Positions 25,801 to 37,800 of a stretch of 64,000 bases of DNA are shown here, in pieces. Position 1 is the first letter of the stretch, and each line of letters starts with the position of its first letter. The translations under genes were made by a program, and so were the position numbers. The notes under the pieces were generated by a model. That model saw only the letters and a list, made by a program, of their open reading frames with translations, did not search any database and had not been told where the DNA came from. The stretch is from Asterias rubens (lineage: Eukaryota), in assembly GCF_902459465.1 (NCBI RefSeq), contig NC_047063.1:2542001-2606000 (forward strand). The letters run 5' to 3'.

Positions 25801-28800
25801 AACAGTTGTGCCACATCACGCGATACGCGCAACGCCCACAGCATTCCCTTATAAGGAGTTGTTTACCCCAGGGCGACGGAGGACTTTATCATTTCATAGC
25901 TGGAGGGGTGTTGTGTTGAAAGAAATCATTTAACAAGTATAATTTTTGCATTTATTTTACTTTTTGACCAAAAAGTGATGATGTTTTTGACCGAAACGGT
26001 ATTTTGTCGGTATTTATGAATGGGAATCAAAGTGTGTTGAATCTGTTTTCAACTAGTGGTTTAAACCCGCAGAGGCCTTTATAATTTACCTCGACTTTGC
26101 CTCGGTAAAATTATCAAGAACCACGCCTCGTTGGGATTAAACCACTAGTTGAAAACCTCTTCACCACACACTGATTCCCTTATTTAGATTTGGTGTGCCT
26201 CGGCCGAGCGTTCAAAAATAAAAAATTATAAACAGCATTTATAAAGCACATTATCAATCACAGATTCCTCAATGTGACTAACAATAGGAACAGAAGCTAA
26301 AAACATGAACAAATTTAAATATAGGCCAAAAATACTACAATATAAAATACCACACAGAAAAGATTATAAAATATACATTCAAACACGTAGTTAAAAATTA
26401 AAAACATTAGAAAATACAGACATGTATACATATAAAAACACATACAAATTTATTAACAATTCAATAAAGAGAAAACCCCTCCAATAATTGTTACCATAAA
26501 AACTGACTTGGTAATGAGCAATGGAGAGGGGTTGATAGAATAAAACATTGTGACAAAAGGCTCCCTCTGAAGTAATGTAGTTTTTGAGAAAAAAAGTAAT
26601 TTCTCCATAAAATATTTGAATTATCTGAATGCACATGGTGTTGTTTCCTCCTTTATTCAATCGCAACTTTGACGTCCAATTGAGTGCAATTTTTCACAGG
26701 TTTGTTATGCATTAGCTGAGATAAACCAAGTGAGAAGACTGGTCTAATTACCAACGGTGTCCAGTGCCTTTACTGACAAACAGATAGAATAAAATAGATT
26801 CAACATTAAGCTCTGGTGTTTCTGCGTTAGGGTCTCAGTCTTGACACTTGTGTCCTAAAGCAAGACACTTGCTCTTTGGATGGGACAGAATTATCTGTTG
26901 ATCTTGTGTTTTGTGTAATGCCATAAAAGATCCAGGTAGAGTTAGGATAATAAGAAGGCTTTCACTAGCACCCCCATACAATGTTATTGACAAAACAAGG
27001 AGACCGCTAACATAGGGCTAGACAGCTCAGTTGAAAGAGCGCTTACATGTCACTCCAGGGGTCCAGGTTCGAATTCCGCTTTAGTAAAAATTTCTTTGTT
27101 CAAAATAACATTTTTAAAATAATAAGTAGGATTTGCAAATGTTTTATGTCTGGTCCAGACTTTTATTTTGTTACTTTTCCAGAGCCTTGAGGAGTTGTTC
27201 TGCTATTGTTTTGCGCTTTATAAATTGTCCTTTATTATTATTATTATTATTATTTTTTAATAAGGTTGACAATTTGAAGGGGTTAATACTCTGTGGGTGT
27301 TCTCCCTATTTGAAACACTTACCTGATACAGTCTGCTACATTAAGCACGTTGATGTTACGACACTGAGCCAACGACTTCAGACTTGCGTCTGTCACACGA
27401 GGGCAGTCTATCACAAAGACGTGCCTGAGATCTGCGCAGTATCTACCGATGTACTTAAATGTTGCGTCGCTCAACTTGGTGTTCCCTAATTGAAGATAAA
27501 CATTTTGAATATTTATTAATGACAAGAGTTGGAACTTATCAAGTGTTACACTTTTTTGATGATAATATCATTTTTATAAACGAATTAAATGATTTATTTC
27601 ACTATCAAAGCCAACTCGACTAAACCTTCATACTAATTTCTGGTCCCATTTTCATAGAGCTGCGTATGGACCCGATAAAAAACACAAGTATTCTTAATAG
27701 AATAAGGCCACCAGCCAAAAATAACATGTTACAAGTATAGTTTGTGACTTCATGGTATCCTGCTTATTATGGCTATGCAGAAATTTTTGAAGAATTTTGT
27801 TTGCTTAAAGGAACATTACAGAATTGGTTTTTGCTAACCAAACAGTTGCTGGTTGTGTAAGTATTATGTGACTCGCTCTATCCTAATGTATTTTATCTTC
27901 AAGTACGCGCTAACTGGCTAATCCTCCAATCAGATTCCCAGAATGGAGTGGTGATCAAAACCAATATTGCACGGCTAATATCACTACCATGCGTCTTGTG
28001 TGTTCTATGTCACGCGCCAAGTTTGCTTGAAGATAAATATGTTATCACTCGCGCGCTCGTGAAAATACAAAAAACATAGTGCGTCTGCGTCCCATATCCA
28101 ACTCGACCTTCGGCCTTGTTAGATATGGGACGCAGAAGCACTATATTTTTCCGTATTCCACTCGCGCTTGTGTGATAACTTATAGTATCATTACCTTCCA
28201 CACGTATTGTCTGTAATTTCCGATGCTGTGCGATTGCCTTGAAGGCTACGTCGGTGATGTTGGGCGTCAACAGGAAAGAGATATTTCTGATATTGTGGCA
28301 CTTTGAGGCGATAGCCACTATGCTTTCATCTTTGAGTGTAGCACAGTCATTCACACAAAGCGACTGGATGTTGGAGCAGCCATTGGCAATATTCTTGTAA
28401 CCTGTGACTGTGATCTGGTAAAACCAAAGTGTCAAAAGAAGATGTCAGAAAATCCAGGTTTGTGTATAAATTATTATAATAATAATAAATAATAATCTAA
28501 GCATTTATATAGCGTTCTTACACAAAAAAAAAGTACCACAACGCTTAACAACAAAATAACAAGCAATCAAAAATTAACAATACAAAGCAATGAGAAATCA
28601 ATAAATAGTCTAAGAAGTGAAATAAGTATAGAAAAGGTGTGTTTTGAGTGATGTTTTGAAATCTGAAAGTGAATTAGCATGACGTATTTGATAAGGAAGA
28701 GTGTTCCAAAGGTTTGGTGCTGCTGCATACAAACCTTTGGAGGATGAAGAGTATCTGGTTTTAGAATACATCCTGGGAAGCTGCAGCCAGGGAATATGAA

Positions 28801-31800
28801 CCGATCCGGCCTGTCAATCAAACTGTGCGCGTTCACCCATTTGACCAATCACAGCAATGACTGTGGTCAGACAAACTCGGTCATGCGTGCGCGTATATTT
28901 GGCACGCGCGGCAGAATCGTGCAGAATGTCATTGGGAGTGCTCGTACACACGTCTTGCTCACGTGCGCGGTGGGTGGAGCTTAGTGGAAAGCCGAAACGG
29001 TCCATTACCTTTGAAGAAAACTATTACAATATTTGAAATACTGACAATTGTGTTACAACAATCCCTTCACTCCACATAGAATCTGTTATTTTTGTAAAAG
29101 AAAATTGATGCTTTGGAACTTTACCCACCTGTGGGCATCCAGATAGGTCCAGATAAACCAGTTTCCGACAGCCTCTACCGTTTGCCAGGTATTGTAACCC
29201 TTTGTCACTGAAGCGTCTGCAGTATGCCAAGCTCATATACTGCAGGTTGCGGGACCATCTAAAAAATATCACAAATCAAAAACAGGGTTAAAAAAATAAT
29301 CCCTCTGAGCTGAGAACAGGGGATCCATAGAGAAGGTTCAAGGTTAGCCTGAACATCGGACGTCACACTTCGAGGCTCGTGAATTATGCAACCAACACAC
29401 ATAATCACCTTTGACCTCGGATCATTTCACTAAGTCTTCATGATTCTGGAGATTCACAGTTCAATGCGATGTACATGTGTATACATATAAACCAATACCT
29501 CTCCTCATCCCTGGAATTGGCAAATTTAAATGTGCTATATGCTAGCACATTTAAACGAGCCATAAATGAGCGTACATATTCATTATTCAATGTTTTCTAC
29601 GCGTGCACACACGTCTTTCGTCTTAAAGAATCACTTTGTTTTTGTTTTTTAAAAACGTGTTGTCATAAAACTACGCGCGCACGCATTTTCTGAGTCAATC
29701 AGCGTTATTTCCCAGTACATCCCATAGTGATGATAGGTATTGATACAGCGCGCTGCCCATGGTAGCGAGGCTGGGAGATATCAAATTTAATAAAAAATTA
29801 TAAAGTGAGGTTGGCTATACATCTGGTTCGACAAAGCCTGATGAAACAATACAATTAACACAATTATTAGAGTGCTCTTTCTCATCAAAGATGGTTACAC
29901 AGCGCTGATGAACAGAGTCAAGAGAACTAACTAAATAATACAGTTAGACGCGTTGGTCATTGTTCAAATCAATAAGCATTCTTAAAGCCATTGGACACTT
30001 TCGGAAAACAGTATTGTCCAAGGCCCACTCTTCGTGTTTATCACAACTTATATATAAAATAACAAACCTGTGAAAATTTAGGCTCATACACTCATCGGAG
30101 TCGGGAGAAAATAACGGGAAAACCCACCCTTGTTTCCGCATGTTTCGCCGTGTCATGACATGTGTTTAAAATAAATCCGTAAATTTCGATATCGAGAATT
30201 GATATTGGTTTAATGTTTTCTCAAAAAGTAAAGCATTTCATGGAATAATATTTCAAAAGAAACCTTTCACCATTACCTTCTGTATACCCTGCAAGTTATT
30301 TGTAAATCTGTGAACTTTTTTTTTCTTTTCTGAAAGTGTCCAATGGCTTTAAAATCATCCTAAAACTGTACTGTACTTTGAAATTGTGTTGTCATGAATG
30401 ATAAAGAAAAGTAATTACTTATAAGAGAGTAAAATCATGGAAGTCTACCGAGAGAAAAGAAACAACTTAAGACCAAGTCACACTGCAGCGATAACGATAA
30501 CGATCAAGACGCAAAGAGAACTCATTCTATTGGTTGAATGAGTGTGTGCGTATTCTGTGTGGAGCAATTCAACCAATAGTATGCGTTAACTCTTTGCGTC
30601 TTGATCGTTATCGTTATCGCTGCAGTGTGACTCGGCCTTTGAAGACAGTGGACACTATTGGTAATTGTCAAAGACTAGTCTTCTCATTTGGTGTATCTCA
30701 ACATTTGCATAAAACAAATCTGTGAAAATTTGAGCTCAATCGGTCGTCGAAGTTGCGAGATATTAATGAAAGAAAAAAACACCATTGTCACACGAAGTTG
30801 TGTGCTTTCAGATGCTTGATTTCGAGACCTCAAATTCTAAATCTGAGGTCTCGAAAGCAAATTCTGGGAAAATTACATCTTTCTTGAAAATTACTTCACT
30901 TTAGAGGGAGCCGTTTCTCACAATGTTTTATACTATCAACCTCTCCCCATTACTCGTCACCAAGTAAGGTTTTGTGATAATAATCATTTGAGTAATTACC
31001 AATAGTGTCCACTGCCTTTAAGCAGAACAAACAAAACCATGCACGTTTTACTTGTTACACCTACCTTCCAAGAAGCCTTAGCGTAGCATCGGTGATGTTG
31101 GTATGAGAGATGTTGAGATACAGCAAGGTCTGGCATCCCTCTGCAATGTCCTTCATCATGTCATCATTCACACCTCCACATTCAGATAGATTCAGATCTT
31201 GCAGGTTCCTACACTGACCTGCCGAGAACAATCAGAGCCAATGCTTACTAAAATGTCTGAAACCATTGCTTACTAAAATGTCTGAAACCATTGCTTACTA
31301 AAATGTCCGAAACCATACTTCAAATGTTAGGACCACACTCGGATAGATTCAGGTCTTCTGCAGGTTCCTACATTGACATGTCGAGAACAATCAGAGCCAA
31401 TGGTTACTAAAATGTCTAAACCCATTGCTTACTAAAATGTCTGAAACCATTGCTTACTAAAATGTCTGAAACCATACTTCAAATATTAGGACCACACGTA
31501 GATAGATTCAGATCTTGCAGATTCCTACACTGACCTGCATGGAACAATGACAACCAGGGCCCAATTTCATAGCGCTGCTTAGCGGCCGATTTTGTGCTTA
31601 CTGTGCAATTTCTATTTCATAGCGCTGCTAACCGTAAGCACACGAAAAGGCATGCTAACCTTCCGGTGCTTACCGCACAAAAATAAATGACGTCACAATG
31701 CAAATCCACGGTAAACACGAAATATGGCCACCCAATTTTCCTGCTAACCTGTGAAATACGATGACACACGCTGTAAAAAAAATCTTCTGAATTCAGATAA

Positions 31801-34800
31801 AAGTCTGAACAATTCTGTAATCATAGCCAAAGGACCCACATCACCACCCAAAGATTTCTTCTAACATTCTAACCCTCTTCTAAAATTGGTATTCTGACTC
31901 TTACCTATAGCAACGTAGCTTGGTTTGGTCAGACTGTCACACCCTCGTAAGTTGAGATGGAGGAGGTATGGTCGACACGTCTGCAGCAGCTTACACACAA
32001 ATCTGTCAGTAGCCCTGGAAATAAAATAAAAATAATAATAATAATAATAAGATTTGTGATGCCCACATATCCACCCTGCTGGGTGTTTAAGGCGTAGTAA
32101 ACCAAAAACAAACAAAAGAAAACAGACACGTTGCAACCTTTCGGTTCCATTCCATTTCACAGGGGAGAAGATACTATCTCGACGAAACTCACAAACACTG
32201 AGAGACAGAACACTTTTACTCTTTATTACTCTTGCTCGACATGCTCAAGAACACAAGTGTCACTTTTGAACCCCCAACCTGGGCCCAATTTCATAGAGCT
32301 GCTAAGCCCAAAAATTTCCTTAGCATGAAATTTCTTCCTTGATAAAAACAGGATTACCAAATTTCTATCGTGATTTTCAGGATGAGCAAACAACAGCTGA
32401 ATACCAATAACAAGCGATATGCAACAATTGGAAATCTAGTCGGTAATCCTGTTTTTATCAAGGAAGAAATTTCATGCAGCTCTATGAAATTGGGCCCTAA
32501 TGACTAATCAGCCATCAAAACTTAAGTCTGACGTCTTTAACGCTTTGGCCTTGACGTGTACAGAGCCCCACCCGACCACTAGTCCTAATAAGTTCAGAGC
32601 ATACCACAATTCTGCTTACTTACCTGTTCTTTATTGATGACAAGTTGACCTGAAATTAAAAAATGAAAAACAAAGTAAGTTAGTTTAGTTCAATGCCCAG
32701 AGGCAGAGTTATGGATACTATCTGTGACAGTTGCCCAAACCTTATTAAGCAAGTAGGTTGCAACCCAAAATGTTATGTTGCATCTGAATGGAACCTGGGC
32801 CCAATATGATGGCTCTGTCGAATTCAATCACCAATCTTTTGCCCTTGCCAATCACCAATCCTTTGCCTTTGCCATGCTGGCAGGGCAAGGCCTGAATGTC
32901 TTCGCTACTTGTGTAAGCGTATGAATGCCATGTAAAAAAAAAAACAGGTGTAGAAGCCAAAATGTCCCGCTAACTCGTATAATATGCTTGACATAAGGAC
33001 ATAAATCCCTGCTTCCGCAAGCGCCGATTCTTTTCTTATGATAAGCAGAGCCATGAAATTGGGCCCTGGTGTTCATGCCAAAAAAGGTCTGCTGCTAAAC
33101 AGTGTCCATTGATTACTCTAGTGTGTAGTACGGTGTATAATTTTGAGATACAGGCATGATGTCACAGGTTAACTATACTCCACGTAAACCGCAGGACACC
33201 GACTGCTGTGTTAAGTTAGCTCCAGCGTTCCACATGGCCCAATTTCATAGCGCTGACTACTCAGAAAACATTGCTTAACAAATTTCTGCTTAGCAGATTT
33301 TAAACCAAGATAAACAACATGGTAGAAAAGCATTCCAGAGACCTCATTTCAATTCAGCGTACTTTGGACAAACTTCCCAAATTTTGGTCAAGAATGCCCC
33401 CCCCCCCCAGTGTCAAGGAATCCCTCGGAGAACCCTGACCAGGGATGTTTAATTCTATGAGAAAGTGCTCTTACCCTGCTCCACAGCGAGCTTGTACCGG
33501 TGATCATCTTCCATTGCCGGCATACCTGGGCACATCGACTCACATCGGCCAAGTCAAGATAACTGAAAATCTGCACGATCGCAATAACAATATATGTGAC
33601 ATTACATTTCAAGAGAGATAATTAACGTACTTACTCCATGCTTTTATAATAATTGGCTATTCAATCGCCAACCCCTTCCCCAAACCTCCGCCAGTGAATG
33701 ACCAAAATAATTAAGGCAGCATCTTTTTTAGTGTCTGGATTGTCGTATTGTCATTTTGACACACACCGTCAACGACAGAAGTGTAGGTACGTTTTTAAAA
33801 ACATTGAGGTTTGGGCCCAAGCTTTTGATTGATAATTACCAAAAAAGTGTCACAGTATCAGTTGAGGCGTTGCATGGGGCAATATCAATGTATATTTGTT
33901 TTCTTAGAAACACCATGATGATTTTGTTCTTAAGAGATCTTGTTTTGCTATATTTTCTACTACCGAGGAGTAGACTTTACAAAATTCGGGAGACTTCTCT
34001 ACTACAATTAAATGATATACAAACACATTTTAGCCGGATAAAAAAAGACATCAATAAACAAAACACATTCAACAAAAATTAAAATTCCTGTCAACAAAGT
34101 TCTTGCTCAAGAAGCTGCTGCAGTGAAAAATGCTGGGAAAGATATATTCCAGTGTACTGTAAATAAAAACAGACGATAACCATCATCTTTGCTTCCCTTG
34201 ATCCCTCTACTCACCTTAATGGCTAGTTTTCTTGGGAGTAGAGAGATGTCGTCTCTTGCCTCGCCTCGAGGAAACATCATCTCATCCTCACCATCCATCT
34301 CTCCTCTTTCCAATCTCTATTAAATAAAAATTATAAAAATAAAAAGTATTTGTAAGGTGCCAGAATCCACCAAATTAAGATCCTCACACAGTAAAGAGGA
34401 AAATCAGACAAAGAACAACATACACAAGCCAAATTAAGCTACAGTCCCGGCCATATTTCGTTAGGCCCTCGCACCACGGCCCCCGTGCCCCCTTTCAATG
34501 TTGGCTCACAGTCTCATTGCGCGGTCGGCGCTGCCATCGACATTGAGCGGGGGAGAGGGGAGGGCGAGAATATTTGAATTGATATCAGTGAAACCTTTCC
34601 GCAGTCAAACATTTTGGAAGTCAAATACAAAGTTTACAAAGCAGATGTACAGTTGTTCAAATAAGAAATAATTCTTCATTGTTCCCTCCAGCTTTTGTTT
34701 CAAACAAAAGCTGGAAATCGACCAACAGTGAGAACTATCAAGGTAATGTACATCGGTAAACAAAACTCATGATTTACCTGCGCGCTGTGCATTACGCCTA

Positions 34801-37800
34801 GTGCACATCCTACGCCATGGAACATGCGTCTTTGTATCACATCACATGATTGGTTCTCGACCAATAAAACTTCACAATCTGCTACCGGGGTATAACAATG
34901 AAGTATGTTACTAAGGACATCTTGTACTTTGGAACAGGCTAACACATCAGTTACAAAATAATGGATATCAACTATATGGTACAATGACTAATTGTTGACC
35001 TCTGACATGAACTACGCGACTGTAAACATTCAAGTGGGACATGTGACTAACCTTGACTTGGGCATACTGGGATACCTTCCAAGATGGAAGAAAGATAATC
35101 TTGTGATTTTAGTGATTTAGTTACCCAAATACATCATCATATAGTTCAAGTATTCTATTGAAACTACCAATTCAGACACAAACTTATGTTCATTTTAAAT
35201 ACTGGTCTATTGCAAATGTTTCCTTTTTTTCAACTAGACGTTTCAATTCAAAAATCATACGGCACTACAATATACAATTAACATCTCAGTCTTAGTCTTT
35301 CCTTAAAGGGAAGGTACATGTTTGGTAATTGTCAAAGACCAGTCTTCTCACTTGGTGTATCCCATCATGTGCATAAAATCACAAGCCTGTGAAAATTTGG
35401 GCTCAATCGGTCATCGAAGTTACGAGAAAATGATGAAAGAAAAAAACACCCTTGTTGGACGAATTTGTGTGCTTTCAGATAGAATAAAAGACTTCTAGCT
35501 AGAAGTCTTTTATTATTTTAGTGAGAAACTAACTCTTTCTCAAAATCTATGCTACTTCAGAGGGAGCAGTTTCTCACAATGTTTTATACCATCAACCTCT
35601 CCCCATTACTCGTTACCAAGTAAGGTTTTATGCTAATAATTATTTTGAGTAATTACCAATAGTGTCCACTTCCTTTAAAATTAAACCAAGGGAGCCCCTT
35701 GTAAATTGCTGCCATGTGAAAAGATCTTCAGTCTCAAATCCGACCAACATCCATAAATCCAGCTAGAATCTCACCTCAAAGTATTCCCTGGTCCGTCTTG
35801 CTTCCAGCATTACGTTGTGCCACGCCTCAAACACAAGCCGAGATAAAGACATGTCGTACACATTCTTTATGATATTGTACGCACCTGCAATAGATAAATA
35901 AAAAGGGCAGTAAAGTTTATGGGATTGATGCGTAGATTTTTGGATTTCTGGAGACTTCTCAGTTCTGAAAAGAACTGTCCTGCTTTTAAACTACTACCTG
36001 GGCGGAAGTTAGAAAAACATCTGGGACTACTACTTTAGATTCTAAGTGGATTGAGGTGACTTTTCGTTGTTAACTTCACTGGCACAGAGTGAGTTCTTGA
36101 TTGGTCTTGAACTGTTTGGACTAGCATGCTCTAATGAACGCACTGAATTTAACTTTTTGACTGTCACAAAAATTCCTCTTTGGACAGTACATACCTATTT
36201 GTCTGGGTATCCGATGACGTTATATGTTTCAAGTTAGCTTAGATATCTAAAGAGTATCTATAAAAATGGCATTTAAAAAAAACAGATCTTATATTCTTTA
36301 TCCCAATGCAAATTTAACCGCGTAATTGAAAACATGGTAGTCGCGACTCGACTAAGGAATCAATAGCCGCAGCTATTACACTAGTTACACTAATCACCCA
36401 GGCTTACTCGAGAGAACACCTTGCTTACACGTACCGCTGTATACATGTAGGATAAACCAGATACTATTCTTTATTACCGATGCAAACTTACCATCTACTC
36501 AAAGAGGTTTCAGTTACATTTAACAGAAGGGACGCAGGTAGAAACAGGGTGAAAGGATAGAAGCAGATTGCAGGCAGAAGAACAAAGCAAGAGAAGAATA
36601 AAACAAAAAGCAAAATAATAGAGACCTCATTATTTACAAGAAGTTAAGTGAGAATATGCAATACATTTTAAAGGAAAGAATTTTAGTTCTGACTGGCAGT
36701 GCCCAAAACAAACATATTGCCAAAATAGGGAGATCGCCATCAACATGTACATAAACATGTATAAGGCTAGATAATAATAATAATGGCTTCTTATACAGCG
36801 CTCAGGTCCGTCACGCAGTGACACTCATGGGGCTTCAACATTATTACCCCTGGTTACTGGGCCTTAAATCATCTCAGCTCCCTGGGGAGTATACAGCCTG
36901 TGCCGCCAAATATGTAGCGCAATCAAGGCTAATCAATCACAAGAACCAACTCTGCCCTCACAGGTACCCATTTACCCCTGGGTGGAGAGAAGCAATTATA
37001 GTGAAGTGTCTTGCTCAAGGACACAAGTGTCACGACCGGGATTCGAATCCACACTCCACTGAACAGAATCCCCAGAGCTTGAATTCGGTGCTGTCATCCG
37101 CTCGGCCCTGACACCCCAAGGTAGACTCAGTTGGTAGAGTGACAGCTTGCAAAGAGGTTGTTGGTTCATATCCCACTCTAGTAAATTTTTCTTTGTTCAG
37201 TCCCAAATTAAAAATTAAAAACACAGCTTTCTGGACATTAGATATCTTCTGGGTACAAAAAGAGAGAAATTTGCGGTTCCGTCCGTTTTGGAAAGAACAC
37301 GTGTACAGGAAAAAATATGAGAGATTTTTTGTTTTGTCCCTCCCCAATATTTTATTGGTTTATTTTATTGGTTTATAGAAAGATTCAAACATAGCAGCCC
37401 AAGAGCCGACTTATGTTTAAACATAAAGAAAAAGAGCAAAACAAGAATTAAAACATAAACATGTGTACTGGTAAGAATTTTATTACTAAAAATAACAAAA
37501 TGGCAGCTGTTTAGACACCAATTATCTTCTGAGTAAATTTCTCAGACCTTGAAGGGGGAAACTCCTTAATTGTGACAAATGGCCCGATGGTGACTTACTT
37601 TCCTGGCGGTCTTTGCGGAAGCGATACCACTGCATCCAATACTGCAGGTGCACCCGTTGTTTGCGCATGTCGTAGTACTCAGCGGCTTGGACCATTTTAC
37701 GAGCCATCATGAGACGACGACGCTTCTTCCTCTCGTGGTACAACAGCCAGGCACTGGATTGGGGGAGAGGAGTCAAATGAGCAGGAATTAGCAAACATCA

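Noticed and set aside
27012-27105. tRNA-like sequences (also 4850-4940, 37040-37205, 47995-48100, 57682-57765)
   Set aside because: A and B boxes are present but the acceptor and anticodon stems do not pair, and the copies share non-tRNA tails; these are SINE heads.
31230-31490. 24-25 bp repeats as a possible CRISPR array
   Set aside because: Units are head-to-tail without variable spacers and belong to the exon 11 triplication.
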